Source: the human T2T-CHM13v2.0 reference genome, Homo sapiens. Taken from it: 64,000 bases of DNA. The position numbers and the translations under genes are program-made. Where the stretch lies: assembly GCF_009914755.1 (NCBI RefSeq), contig NC_060948.1; one strand, written 5' to 3'. Each line of letters opens with the position of its first letter. Within the stretch, counting starts at the first letter, position 1. Below, one piece after another: positions 1-21,820 of the stretch. The notes beneath the pieces were generated by a model. That model had not been told where the DNA came from and did no database searches. It saw only the letters and a list, made by a program, of their open reading frames with translations.

Positions 1-53
1 TGCCTTGGTCTCTCAGAGTGCTGGGATTATAGGCATGAGCGACAGTGCCTGGC

Positions 54-180
54 CTGTATTGTATTGTACTGTACTGTACTCTACTGTACTGTACTGCACT
101 GCACTGCACTGCATTGCACTGCATTGTATTATTTGACTTGTTTAAAATACTTTATTTTATTTTGTTTTGTATTGTATTGT
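54..180. repeat. Compound pentanucleotide microsatellite (TGTAT/TGTAC/TGCAC/TGCAT) between two Alus
   Basis: Direct reading: gtatt-gtact-gcact-gcatt units. Confidence 0.85.
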
Positions 181-1187
181 AGACAAGGTCTCACTCTTAT
201 CACCCAGGCTGGAGTGTGGTGGTGTGATCACAGCTCACTGCAGCCTTGACCTCCTGTGCTCAGGTGATCCTCCCACCTAAGCCTTCCAAGTGGCTGGGAC
301 CACACATGTATACCACCACACCCAGCTAATTTTTTTTTTTTTTAAGACTGGGTTGTGCCCTATTTCCCAAGCTTATTTTATTTTTTAAATTGATACATAA
401 TAATTGTACATATTCATGGGGTACACAGTGATGCTTTGATACGAAGAATGGAGTAATCAGATCAGAGTAATTAGCATATCCATCATCTCAATCATTTACC
501 ATTTATTTGTGTTAGGAACATTCAGTATCCTCTTTCTGTCTGTTTGAAACTATACGACATGTTATTGCTAATTATAGTCACCCTACAGGGCTATAGAACA
601 CTGGAACATATTCATCCTATCTGGTTGTAATTTTATATCCTTTAACAAAGCACTCCCTGTCTCTCATGTCTTCCCTTCCCAGCCTCTAGTATCCTCTGTT
701 CTTCTTTATCCTTTTAGGAGATGAGCTTTTTTTAAGCTTCCACGTATGAGTAAACAGAAGTGCTGTTTAATGTTCTTTTCCTGGCTTATTTCACCTAACA
801 TAACATCCTCCAGTTTCATGCATGTTGCTGCCAATCAGAGGATTGTATTCCTTTTCATGGCCGAATAGTATTCTGTGTGTAGATACCACCTTTTCTTTAC
901 CTGTCTGCTCATCTGTTGATGGGCACCTACGTTGATTCCCTATGTTGGCTGTTGTGAATAGTGCTGTGGTAAACATGGGCATGCCGATGTCTCTCCAGTA
1001 TCATGACTTCCTTTCTTTTGAACAAATACCTAGTAATGTGATGGCTGGGTCATACGCCAGCCATCTATTATACTCCATAATAGATGGGAGTTCTATTTCT
1101 AGTTTTTCGAGGAACCTCCATACTCTTCTTTATGGTGGCTCTACTAGTATACATTCCCATCAACATTGCATAAGAGTTCCCTTTTCT

Positions 1188-1519
<332 letters not shown>

Positions 1520-1549
1520 TCACCAGCATTGTTATTTTTGTGTGTATAC

Positions 1550-1848
1550 GTTTTTTTTTTTTGTTTTTTGTTTTTGTTTTTGTTTTTTTTTAGACAGAGT
1601 TTCACTCTTGTCACCCAGGCTGGAGTGCAGTGGCACAATCTTGGCTCACTACAATGTCCATCTCCAGGGATTCAAGTGATTCTCTTGCCTCAACCTTCCA
1701 AGTAGCTGGGACTACAGGCGCTGACCACCACACTTGGCTAATTTTTGTATTTTTAGTAGAGACGGGGTTTCACTGTTGGCCAGGCTGATCTCAAATCCTG
1801 ACCTCAGGTGATCCACCCCTTTCAGCCTCCCAAAGTGCTGGGATTACA
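1550..1848 (-). mobile_element. AluS
   Basis: T-rich tail then Alu antisense consensus. Confidence 0.9.
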
Positions 1849-2455
1849 GTGTCTTTTTGATAATAGCCATCTTAACTGGGTTGAGATGATTGACACCTCA
1901 TTGAGTTTTTGATTTGCATTTCCCTGATGATTAGTGACGTTGAGCATTTTTTTCATATACATGTTGGCCTTTTCCATGTATTCTTTTGAGAAATGCCTGT
2001 GAAGACCACCTGTCCATTTTTTAATTGGAGTGCTTATCTTTTTGCTGTTGAAACGTTTGAGTTCCATGCTTGGTCATGGTGATGGATTCACCCTGGTAAC
2101 CTTGAGAGAGCATTTCTATCCATTGTTTAGTGCTCAGTTAAGGAATGGGCTGGTGGCCCCTCTGAATAAGATGCCCAAAGGAGTTACCTTCTGCTCAGCA
2201 GATGTCTCTCAAATGGTCTTTATATTCTCTCCAAGGGAGCTTCCCCTGCATCGGACTGTGGCACCCAGTGCCTTGCCTCTTAGAACCATCTGACTATTAC
2301 GTGCTTTCAGATCGTGACAACTTCAATGTGTGGGGAAGAACATGTGAAATAAATTATCTTCTGCCTGTGTGAAGCAGAAATAGCTATCGTTACAAAGCAG
2401 GGATTTTTTTCCATGCTTACTCCCCACTAAAAATACATGTTTGTTTTTCTAACAG

Positions 2456-2551
2456 GTTTCCTCCATTTTTTGATGACAACCCGTTTGGCATTTATCAGAA
2501 AATTCTTGCAGGCAAACTATATTTCCCCAGACATTTGGATTTCCATGTAAA
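2456..2551 (+). CDS. PRKY: PRKY coding exon (PRKX exon 5 equivalent), 96 nt, kinase subdomains IX-X: (G)FPPFFDDNPFGIYQKILAGKLYFPRHLDFHV(K)
   Basis: Acceptor ttgtttttctaacAG (2454-2455); donor AA|GTAAGT at 2552; open frame; ends in phase 2. Confidence 0.93.
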
Positions 2552-3743
2552 GTAAGTAAACCGTTTGCCTCATCATGAGGTGTGTTTATTTTTAAAGTGT
2601 CTAAAATCACCATGAAAGCACGCACTCAGCAGGATACCATATTGTGTTATTAAATGTGCTGCGCATAAACTATTTTGGACAGTTGTCTTTTCCACAAGAA
2701 AAGAAAAAGATTTTCAGTATTCTACTTTAATGATAGCTTCACATTTTAATGAGTCTTGGCTGTATTGTGTTCTTTTGGTGGTATGTTATATTTAAAATGA
2801 GCCAATTAATGAGTTTGTCATCATATTTTATAAGAGAGCAGTTTTGCAATTTGACAAGAAGGATCCTCCTAATTCTGTGGCTTGCAGAGCTGTTGATGGG
2901 TTTACCAGAGTTTTATCCTTTCTCTCCTGCTTAAATTATGCTCAGCCTCTAAGTCCTTTTTAACATCAGCATTTTCAGTTCTGAGCATGTTGCTTTAAGA
3001 ACATTTATATAGTTGCTAGATATTGGCAACTTTGGATGCACATTTTATTAAGGTTGTGGCAGTAGGGAGAAAAGACATTTTGTTAAATATAAGAATGCTT
3101 TTGGTTTTCTGGCTACCTTACCCAATCTGGTCAACTGGTAGCCATTTTTACTGTAATAAGCACTGATTTCTGTTTGTTTCACTGTATTTTTCAGATGAGT
3201 TGGTGGGCGCACCAGCCCCCTGGGCACAAACTAGAGCTAAATGCATCTAGTTGAGAATTAAACTTTTCTTTTCCATGGCCTATTTTCTTATGAGCTGGTG
3301 GTAGTTCAGTTCAGAGAAGACTTATTTCAGGGTGATGGACCAGGTTGTTTTGAATATGCCCTTGTGGGGCTACTGGCTACGTTGAGTTGAGTTTCTTGGT
3401 GGCGAATGCACCCCATCCTAACCAGAGGTCCTTTGTCTGAACAGAAGATAAGGTCGTGTTTTATTGGCTTGAGCATGTGTTGTGTTTGACACAATAGAGG
3501 CAGGCTTTAAAAGACTTTAGCAAGAAAATGAGGCTCTGCTTAACAATGAGTCACCTAGAAGGGACACCCTGTCCAGTGAATGGTAAGACAGGGAGGTGTC
3601 AGGGGAAACAGCACCTCAGAAGCCAACTGCTCTGGAAGGAAATAGAAAGGATTATATAGAACCTCTCTCTCAGGCTCCAAATCCCATCTGAGTTGAGTGA
3701 CATTATATCAAGTGGATGGCAAAGCACTTTTATGATCGAGTTT

Positions 3744-4050
3744 GGCCAGGTGAGGTGCTTATGCCTGTAATCCCAGCACTTCAGGAGCCTGAGGTAGGAG
3801 GATTTGTTGGGGCCAATAGTTTGAGGTCAGCCTGGACAATGTAGCAACACCCCATGTCTACAAAAAATTAAAAAATTAGCCGGACATGGTAGCAGGTGCC
3901 TGTGGTCCAGCTACTAGAGAGGCTGAGGTGGGAGGACTGCTTGAGCCCAGGAAGTCGAGGCTGCAGTGACCTGTGATTGCACCACTACACTCCAGACTGG
4001 ATAAAACAGTGAAACCCTGTCTCAAAAAAAAAAATTAAAATTAAAAAAAA
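3744..4050 (+). mobile_element. AluJ
   Basis: Diverged dimeric Alu with A tail. Confidence 0.85.
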
Positions 4051-4088
4051 TGTGTGTGTGTGTGTGTGTGTGTGTATATACATGTATG

Positions 4089-4119
<31 letters not shown>

Positions 4120-4126
4120 ACACACA
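4051..4126. repeat. (TG)n-(TA)-(CA)n self-complementary microsatellite
   Basis: ~12 TG units, TA-rich spacer, ~10 CA units. Confidence 0.9.
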
Positions 4127-4477
4127 GAGAGGTTTCCAATGTTCTGTGGAAACAACAACAAAAAAGGGAATTACAGAAGTAGAACAAACCAGAAGCGTAA
4201 TCAAAGTCCAGTTTCTTGCCACTTTTCCTTCTTTCTCTCCTAGAGAGTAGGGAACCATCAGTGACCATCTTGGTATTGTCTAATCTAACGTGCCTGTCTT
4301 TATGCAGCTCCCAGCCCCTTCCAGTGTTCCCCACGATGCCCCTGTCTCTTTACATACCCAGTGCGGGTCCACCAAGAGCAGAAACAGTGGTAGTTGAGTA
4401 AAACTTCACTTCTTTCCATTATTTGTTAAATCTTATCAAATTGGCTGAGAAGCAAGGCCTCAATGACTCATATCTTT

Positions 4478-6793
<2,316 letters not shown>

Positions 6794-7084
6794 GATCTCC
6801 CCTCCCCTCAAGCAAGGTTAATAGAGCAATAACAATGTATAAGTTATTACTCATTATTTTGTTTACTTATTTATTTTATTTTTTAAACAGTTTTACGGAG
6901 AGTGAATTCACACGCCATGCCATTTACCCATCTAAAATGTGCAATTTGGTGGCTTTTAGTATACACACAATTTGTACAGCCACCCCCGTGGTTAATCTTA
7001 GAACGTCTTCATCAGCTCAAAAAAAGAAACCCTGCACCCTTCAGCTATCACTGTTCTAATCTTTCCTCCTCTCTTGCCCTAAGC

Positions 7085-7391
7085 CAGTGGTCCCCAACCT
7101 TTTTGGCACCAGGGACTAGTTTCGTGGAAGACAGTTTTTCCACGGAGCATGCAGCCTAGATCCCTTACATGTGCAGTTGACAGTAGGGTGTGTGCACCTA
7201 TGTGAATCTAATATGGCTGATCTGACAGGAAGTGCAACTCAGGTGGTAATGCAAATGATGGGGTGTGGCTGTAAATACAGATGATGCTTCACTCATTTAC
7301 CTGCTGCTCACCTCCTGCTGTGCGGCCCATTTTGGTTCCTAACAGGCCATGGACTGCTACTGGTCCATGGCCCTGGGGTTGGGGACCCCTA
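7085..7391. mobile_element. MER1B-type hAT/Charlie DNA transposon inserted in an old L1M fragment (~6880-7705)
   Basis: TIRs cagtggtccccaacc / ggttggggaccccta; perfect 8-bp TSD CCCTAAGC at 7077-7084 and 7392-7399. Confidence 0.9.
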
Positions 7392-8027
7392 CCCTAAGCA
7401 ACCACTAATCTACTGACTTCTCTGTACAGTTCTATATTCTGGGCTCTGCTAAAAATGGAATTGTACAAAATATAATGTTTTGTGTCTGGCCTGTTTCACT
7501 GAGCATGATGTTTTCAAGTTTCATCCATGCTGTAGCCTGTGTCAGAGCTTCCTTCCTTTTCATGGCTGTATAGTATTCTATTTGTGTAGGTGGACCTCAT
7601 TTTATTTATCCATTCATCCATGGATGGACGCCTGGGCTGTTTCCACCTTTGGCTTTTGTCAGTAGTTCTGCCATGGACATGGGTGTATATATTTTTATGT
7701 ATGTAAGCAATGATTTTAGAAGTTATACATCAGGTATGATTTCTACAAACTTTTTATATGGAGGCAAATACATAATTGACAAACAGACTGTTCCATAAAT
7801 AGTATCATACTTTATATGCATGTTTTGGCATTCCTGGATTTGATAGAATTCATGGACGTTTTGTAGGCTGTTTCTAGCTCTGGACAACATTGGAGGGACT
7901 TATACATGGAGGGTCTTCCATATTCATCTTGACCCTGTAAATTCCATTTTGGAGAGACACAGTACACCAGGGTGTGAGGGTTGAACCACTTGGCTCTCTT
8001 GGGTTCATGTTGCATCCTCTGTGTGGT

Positions 8028-8813
8028 TTGGGAGTCTCCAGTGACTGCCATAACAACTGACCACAAACAAGGGGCTTAAACAACAGGAATTGATGCTCTC
8101 CCAGTCCCAGTCGTGGAAGCCAGGACTCTGAGATCAGATGTCTCAGGCCTCCAGAGGCTCTAGGGGAGGATCTTTTCTGCCTCTCCCAGCTCCTAGGGGC
8201 TCCAAGCATCCCTGGGCTTGTGGACACATCGCTCTAGTCTCTGCCTCCGCCTCCATGTAGTCTTCTCCTCTGGGTCTGTGTCTTCTGTTCTCTCTTTCAG
8301 AAGTACACCTGTCATTGGGTTTAGGGCCACCCTAATGCAGGATTATCTCATCTTAAGAGCCTTCCCTTAATTACATTTACAAAGACCCTATTTGCATGTA
8401 GGGTTCCATTGCCGGGTATTGGGAGTCAGGACATCGGCATATATTTTGGGGGCCACTGCCCAGTGTGTAATAATTGTTTCCACTTCCTGCTAGAGGCTCT
8501 AGGGGGGGATCCTTCCTGCCTCTCCCAGCTCCTGGGGGCTCCAGGCATCCCTGGGCTTGTGGCCACACCACTGCAGTCTCCACCTCCATTTTCACATGGC
8601 CTTCTCCTCTATGTTTGTGTCTCCTCCTCTGTCTCTTATGAGGACACCTGTCACTGGATTTAGGGCCCACCCTTCTCCAGGATGATGTCATCTCAAGAAC
8701 CTTAATTTAGTTACATCTGCAAAGACCCTATTTCCAAATAAAGTGATATTCACAGGCACTGGGGGATAGGATGTGCACATATCTTTTTGAGGGACATTGT
8801 TTACCGTATAACA
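8028..8813 (-). mobile_element. MLT1 (MaLR) LTR sequence, partially duplicated in tandem
   Basis: ctgccataacaa..ggcttaaacaacag..; the block agaggctctagggg..ggcttgtgg..ttagggcc..aaagaccctattt occurs twice. Confidence 0.75.
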
Positions 8814-9199
8814 GTAGTCAAGCCTCTGTCCTTTACATTATTTGCAGACAGCAACCGATACCTTCAGGTCTCCAAGGAGCCTGTCCAGCCAGGTTGCACG
8901 TTGTGGACTCATCTGTGCCACGGCTCTACATAAGATTGGACGGGTCCTGTTTTAATGCCATAGCCATTTAGAAAAGAGCTGGGTCTCTTGCTGGGACTGC
9001 AGGGAATCACAGATGACCCATATCTAGAATATGCTGGGAGTGGTGTAGTGACCATCATAGGTACCCTCCAAGGGGAAAGAACAAGTTTCCTCATCAAAGG
9101 AATTGGGGAAGAGCTCACAAACTCTCAAGCTAGGTCTTAAAGTCTAGTTAAATCTTCCTGATAGGGAGATAAACTGAAAAAGACTTAAGAAAACACTGA

Positions 9200-10312
9200 C
9201 TTTATTTTATTTTATTTTTGTAAAATTAACAAATAAAAATGGTTTTATTTATCATGTACAACATGAAGTTTTGAAATATGTACCCATTGAACAATGGGTC
9301 CATTGAGTTCATTAACATATGCATTACCTCACATAATTACCATTTATTTGTGGTGAGAAAACTTAAGATCTAATCTACCCTTTGAAAAAATTTGTTTTTA
9401 AGAGATGGGGTCTCAATGTGTTGCCCAGGCTGGTCTCAACTTCTGGGCTCAAGTGATCTGCCCGCCTCAGCCTCACAAAGTGCTAGGATTACAGGCAAGA
9501 GCCACTGCACCCAGCAAGATCTACTCTTCCAGAGATTCTTGAGAATACATCATTAGTTATAGTCACCGAGCTGTGCAAGCCACTGACTGAACTTGTTCCT
9601 CCTGTCTCTCTCACTTTGTCTCTTTTGACCAATGACTTCCCATCTCAGCCCCTTCCCAGCCCCTGGTATCCACCATTCTACTCTCTGCTTCTATGAGTTC
9701 AACTTTTTTAGATTTCCCATGTAAGTGAGGTCAGACTGTGTTTGTCTATCTGTGCCTGGCTTATTTCTCTCTCTCTTTTTTTGTGTGTGTGAGACAATCG
9801 TGCTCTATTGCCCAGGCTGGAGTACAGTGGTGCCATCTCCGCTCACTGCAACCTCAAAAGTTTCTCCTTCATCAACCTCCCGAGTAGCTGGGATTGCACC
9901 ACACCTGGCTAATTTTTGTATTTTTGGGTACGGATGGGGTTTCACCATGATGGCCAGGCTGGTCATGAACTCGTGACCTCAAGTGATCTATCTGTGTCAG
10001 CCTCCCAAAGTGTTGGGATTACAGGTTTGAGTTACCATGCCTGGACCTTATTTCTCTTAATATACTATCCTCCAGGTTGATGCATGTTTTGAAAATGACA
10101 TTTCCCTCCTTTTACTTGCTGAATAGTACTCCATGGTATATATATCACACATTTTCTTTATCCACTGCCCTCTTGATGGGCATGTAGCTTGATTCTACAT
10201 CTTGGCTGTTTTGACCTGCTGCAATGAGCAGAGGGTGCAAATTATATACTCATTTGTTTTTTCTTTGGGTGTATGCCCAGTAGTGGGATTGCTGGAGCCT
10301 ACATTCTATTTT
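9200..10312 (-). mobile_element. L1M 3'-end fragment with inserted FLAM (~9392-9514) and AluS (~9775-10046)
   Basis: ccattctactctctgcttctatgagttcaactttttagatt and related L1MA/MB motifs. Confidence 0.75.
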
Positions 10313-11297
10313 TAGGTTCTCAGGGAAGAAACTGTCTGATTAAAATGGAGTTATGTTCGTGGGTAGCCCCTGGTCTATGGGTGCCCTGGAGAGGAACACT
10401 TACTCTTTTTCCTGCTGTGACCACCTCTCCACTCTCAGCTGCACCACCATCCTCAGCCTGAGTGTATCACTGCGTTCTCAGGCAGTTCTCATAGCTGCCT
10501 GTGGCACTGCCCCCCATGCCCCTGACTTTCCCCATCAATCCCTCCTCTTCACCAGGAAGAAGGGTTTGTCATTCATAGCCTGGAGCCCCAGGGCCTTACC
10601 TTGGTGCTCAGAACCTTCCAGTTTCCTCTCATCCCGTGCTTCTCGTCTGATGATTCCCTGGTCTTCCCCGTGAACCCTCATGCAGCCAGGATGGATGAGC
10701 CACCTGCTCCTGCACCTGTCACCATCGCACTTTGCTGTTCTTCTCTCTTTGCTTGGCACCTCTTCATTCGGGGGTCTTTCCTTCTTCTGGAACCACATCC
10801 ATTCTGTTGAACTCCTTCATCCTCTGTGGACACTGCTGTGCCCTTCACGCTTGGAAAATCCCCAGCACATGGGTTCCTTTTTTTCTTATTAGCTGGCCTT
10901 ATACACACACATGCATTGGCACACACATGCATTGGCACACACAGTTTATATAATATAAAATATATAAAGATTTATGTACAAATTTATATAATATAAAGGG
11001 TATCTATATACACACATTGCATTTTTATACACTTCATATACAAACCAGCATACAAAAAGGTCAAAGGAATATAGATTTATCTGTACATTATATAAATAGA
11101 TAATTGTGCATTATGTAGATTTATCTATAATTTATATATTTATATATTGATATTTATATATCTGTAAATATATAGTGTACATACTTAGAAATATGTAAAT
11201 ATATTTATATTTAGAAATATAAATAATATATAATATAATACATATATAAGTATAAATATATAGATATATAATATAGGTATATAGATATAGAGTGTGA

Positions 11298-12168
<871 letters not shown>

Positions 12169-12224
12169 CCCACACACTTTATATCATACACACACAGACA
12201 CACACACACTAATCTGGATACTTA

Positions 12225-12600
12225 TGTGTATTTAAAAGTATGTGTACATATAAATATATGTGTGTATAAATGTGTGTATGTGTATACGTACGTGTATATA
12301 TATGTATGTGTATATATTGTGTGTATGTATATAAGTATGTGTGTATATAAATATATATTAACGTATATGCATATAAGTATGTGTATATATAAATGTATGT
12401 GTGTATATTAACGTGTGTATGCATATAAGTATTTGTATATATAAATATGTGTATATATTAACGTGTGTATGCGTATAAGTATGTGTATATATACATATAT
12501 ATGTATATATTAATGTGTGTATGTATATAAGTATGTGTATATATAAATATATATGTGTGTATATAAATATATGTGTTTATTTATTACTATGTATGCATGT
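12225..12600. repeat. AT/GT-rich minisatellite, ~50-bp period
   Basis: Unit atattaacgtgtgtatgcatataagtatgtgtatatataaat repeated ~4-5 times. Confidence 0.8.
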
Positions 12601-13678
12601 GAGTATACCCAGACACACACATCCTTTAGTATCCAAATTAGAATTTTATCTGATGGATAAAATTTGTTTTATTTTATTCTCTTATTTTATTCACAGCACT
12701 CTTATTTATTCTTATTCACAACATTGCTGAAGGTAAAACTCAACAGCTATTGTTTGTTGCCTGACTTAGCTATAGATCAAAAATACCTGTTTTGCAATAA
12801 GAAAAGAAAAAATTGTCAAAACAACTGGATGGGAAAACAATAGAAAAAATTCACATTTTTTCCTTTTGAAGATATGGTCGTGGACGTAGTCCTCTTTAAG
12901 GATAAGAAATTTAAAACTACAGAAATGCTAACTGATAGACGTGTTAAATTCAGACGTACTGGCTTCTGTTTCATGGAACCTATGTTTATTTCTTCTGCTG
13001 TCCCACATTTAATTGATAACAACATCACTACAAGTATAAGAAAAGGAAGCAGAGTGAGGTTTACGGATGAGCACTTGGGAGGGATTTCAGAGGTCGTGAT
13101 GGCCACAGTGTGAGCCAGCGATGCCTGGTGCTACCCTTGAGCATGAAGCAGGCCGACTTGAACACACCTTGTTAATTGCCAGGCCGTGCAATGTCGTTCC
13201 TAAGGTCTCTTAAACTGGACATCCTTGGTTTGAGTTCCCAGTCTTGTTATTTACTTGCTGGGTCCTACGGAGCAAATTAACATCATTCCTTGAACCCTAG
13301 TTTCTATGTCTGTAAAATACTGAGTAAGTTTGCCAAGACGAAAACAGGAGACAAACTGAGAAATTACTGGCTGTTCAATTTTATGTCGAGAGATGGAATC
13401 GTATTTACCTTTTTCGTCTTTGGTCCGGAATGCAAATGCATTGCACAGGAGCAGAATGACTGGATTTGTTTCTGCGACAAAAAAGGGCAAACAAAACACT
13501 AACAGCTTTGCTTGCAGGTTTTCCTGGCAGCTCACCCTCCAGGCACAGTTCTCCAAAATGCAGCAAACTTGGTCTGTTTGTTTCAATACTAAAATAATGT
13601 AGAGATTATTTGGGGTATTTTTCTTTCCTGCCCTGTCAAAATTCTGTACACTGACGACACGTGTTGTTTCTTTTGAAG

Positions 13679-13756
13679 AACGGGGCGAATGATGTGAAAC
13701 ACCATCGGTGGTTCCGCTCCGTGGACTGGAAAGCTGTTCCGCAGAGAAAACTGAAG
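13679..13756 (+). CDS. PRKY: PRKY exon (PRKX exon 7 equivalent), 78 nt. Read frameshifted as (K)TGRMM* with TGA at 13695-13697; ancestral frame NGANDVKHHRWFRSVDWKAVPQRKLK is still open
   Basis: Acceptor tgtttcttttgaAG (13677-13678); donor AAG|GTACAA at 13757; a phase-0 exon joined to a phase-2 donor. Confidence 0.92.
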
Positions 13757-13899
13757 GTACAACATGTATCAGTGGGTGACTCAGTATGCCCGAGCTCTCT
13801 TATGAACAGGGACTGCCTCTGAATCCTGGGACTTCTTTATTGATGACTGAGACGTAATTAATTTATGTAACACAACTCTTTGTCTAAAACCATTCATAA

Positions 13900-17887
<3,988 letters not shown>

Positions 17888-18065
17888 CATTCACAATATT
17901 TTAATTCCAAGATTGCTTCATTCATAAATGAAGGGAAGACAGCTTTAGTGTTTTGCAAATCATTTTCATTTTTAGGTACAGTGACAGAAGTAAAGGGGTA
18001 TATGCAGCGTCCAAGCGTCCTGTTCCTTTCTAACCATGCCTTCATGCTTCGGCCATGTCTTATAG

Positions 18066-18212
18066 CCTCCCATCGTGCCCACGATAGCTGGCAACGGCGA
18101 CACTTCCAACTTCGAAACTTACCCTGAGCATGACTGGGACACAGCCGCGCCCGTGCCGCAGAAGGATTTAGAAATCTTCAAGAATTTCTGAGGACGAGCT
18201 CACATCTGGAAG
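18066..18212 (+). pseudogene. PRKY: PRKY exon (PRKX exon 8 equivalent), 147 nt; ancestral AGC C-tail PPIVPTIAGNGDTSNFETYPEHDWDTAAPVPQKDLEIFKNF* (TGA 18189-18191), now downstream of the premature stop
   Basis: Acceptor tcttatAG (18064-18065); donor GAAG|GTATAT at 18213; PxxP, DTSNF and terminal FxxF motifs. Confidence 0.92.
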
Positions 18213-18642
18213 GTATATCTTTATATTTAGTAATTACCAGAAAATGAGACTGGCTGGACCCCACATCCAGGTGAGGCTGTGTTTACTGAGTGGGGCTTAA
18301 CCTCATGCACACAGAGGTCAGCAGTGAAGCAGAGCAAAGGGGATTGATTGCAAGGGTCAGCGAAATAAACACAGCCATGCCTGTGACTCCAGGTCAGCAT
18401 GTGACCGTCAGAGGCATCAGCATGACAGTCCAGAATCCATGTTCTGGACATGCATCAGAACCTGCATGTCTAAATAAGACCGCTAGGTGGTTTGTGTGTG
18501 CCTGAATATTTGAGAAGCCCAGCTCCTCTGGTCCCTGTTCCAGAAACCCTGAGTGACAGGCGAGCTTCCTTAGAATAATTAACAAGTATTTTCAAAAGTC
18601 TCTTTAGGTCTCCTTTGGTTAAAAAATAGTAAGAAGAAATGT

Positions 18643-18862
18643 ACTCTCATAGGAAATTTGCTAAGCTTAATTGAAGATGACTGGAAAAGGATTTTGAATC
18701 TATTACTTCTTTGAGGCTTTGAAGGTCTATTATTTTTTAAATAATAATAATATTTTTTAAGAATCCCTCATGAAATTTGCTAAGCTTTAATTTAAGATGA
18801 CTGAAAAAGGGTTTTGACTGTGTTATTTCCTTGGGCCTTTGAAAATCTATTATTAGTTTTTA
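18643..18862. repeat. Diverged tandem duplication, ~120-bp period
   Basis: ctcat(ag)gaaatttgctaagctt..aagatgactg.aaaagg.ttttga..ctttgaa..tctattatt occurs twice. Confidence 0.85.
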
Positions 18863-19692
18863 AGTATGGATTAAAAAGAGCTTCCAGTTACTCCTCAATT
18901 CTAAACTGCTTGTATGTCTTTAACTAGATCTTTCTTCCTGTAACATACAAGCAAGAAAAATACCAGTGAAGCAAAATATTGTCAGTGATGTGTCTATTCA
19001 TTGACATAGCTTGTTTTTCCCATTTTGATTTCCATTCCCGTAATTTTCCTGTAGTCTTCCCAGTTATGTGAAGTGGAAAGCCAATTGGCTAACCAACACC
19101 ATTTGAAACAGACACCAAATGTCACAATTGCTGACTGGGGAGAGGAACCAACCTGCTGAAAGATGTGGTGAATGAGAGCCCTCCGTCCTGGGCAGGTGTT
19201 TACATGGATGTACCAAGAGGAAAGCTGGATACAAATTGAAATAATAGACAAAAAAATGATAGAGGAATAGGTGGCTATGACCTTGAGAAGATAACCTGTC
19301 TCCATGGCATGGCTTCACCTCTCAGTGTGTGATGAACGCTTTTACAGTGGTGACTGGTTTGTATTAACATGAGAGCGTGTAACTTTACCAACTTCATAAA
19401 TGCTCATGAAATCCATTTATGGGTTTTAAAAATCATAAGATGTTCCTGAATTATTTTCTTCTTTTTGTTTCTCTGCTCTACTCTGGGGCTTACATTTTAG
19501 CTGACTCGCCCATAACATCTTACAAATTGTGTCTCTCCAGGAAATCTTTAAAATGATGTAAAGACTGGTTTGCTTTAGTATGAAGGACCCCTAGTTGATA
19601 AACCATATATTTCCTCTAATAGAGACCCCTTCAAGTATAAAATTTACTTAAAGAACAAAAAAGCTTCCACTTGATGGATTTTTGTCTCATAA

Positions 19693-21820
<2,128 letters not shown>

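Noticed and set aside
13679-13756. Frame rescue by skipping this exon
   Set aside because: It is 78 nt with phase 0 at both ends, so skipping leaves the phase-2 mismatch.
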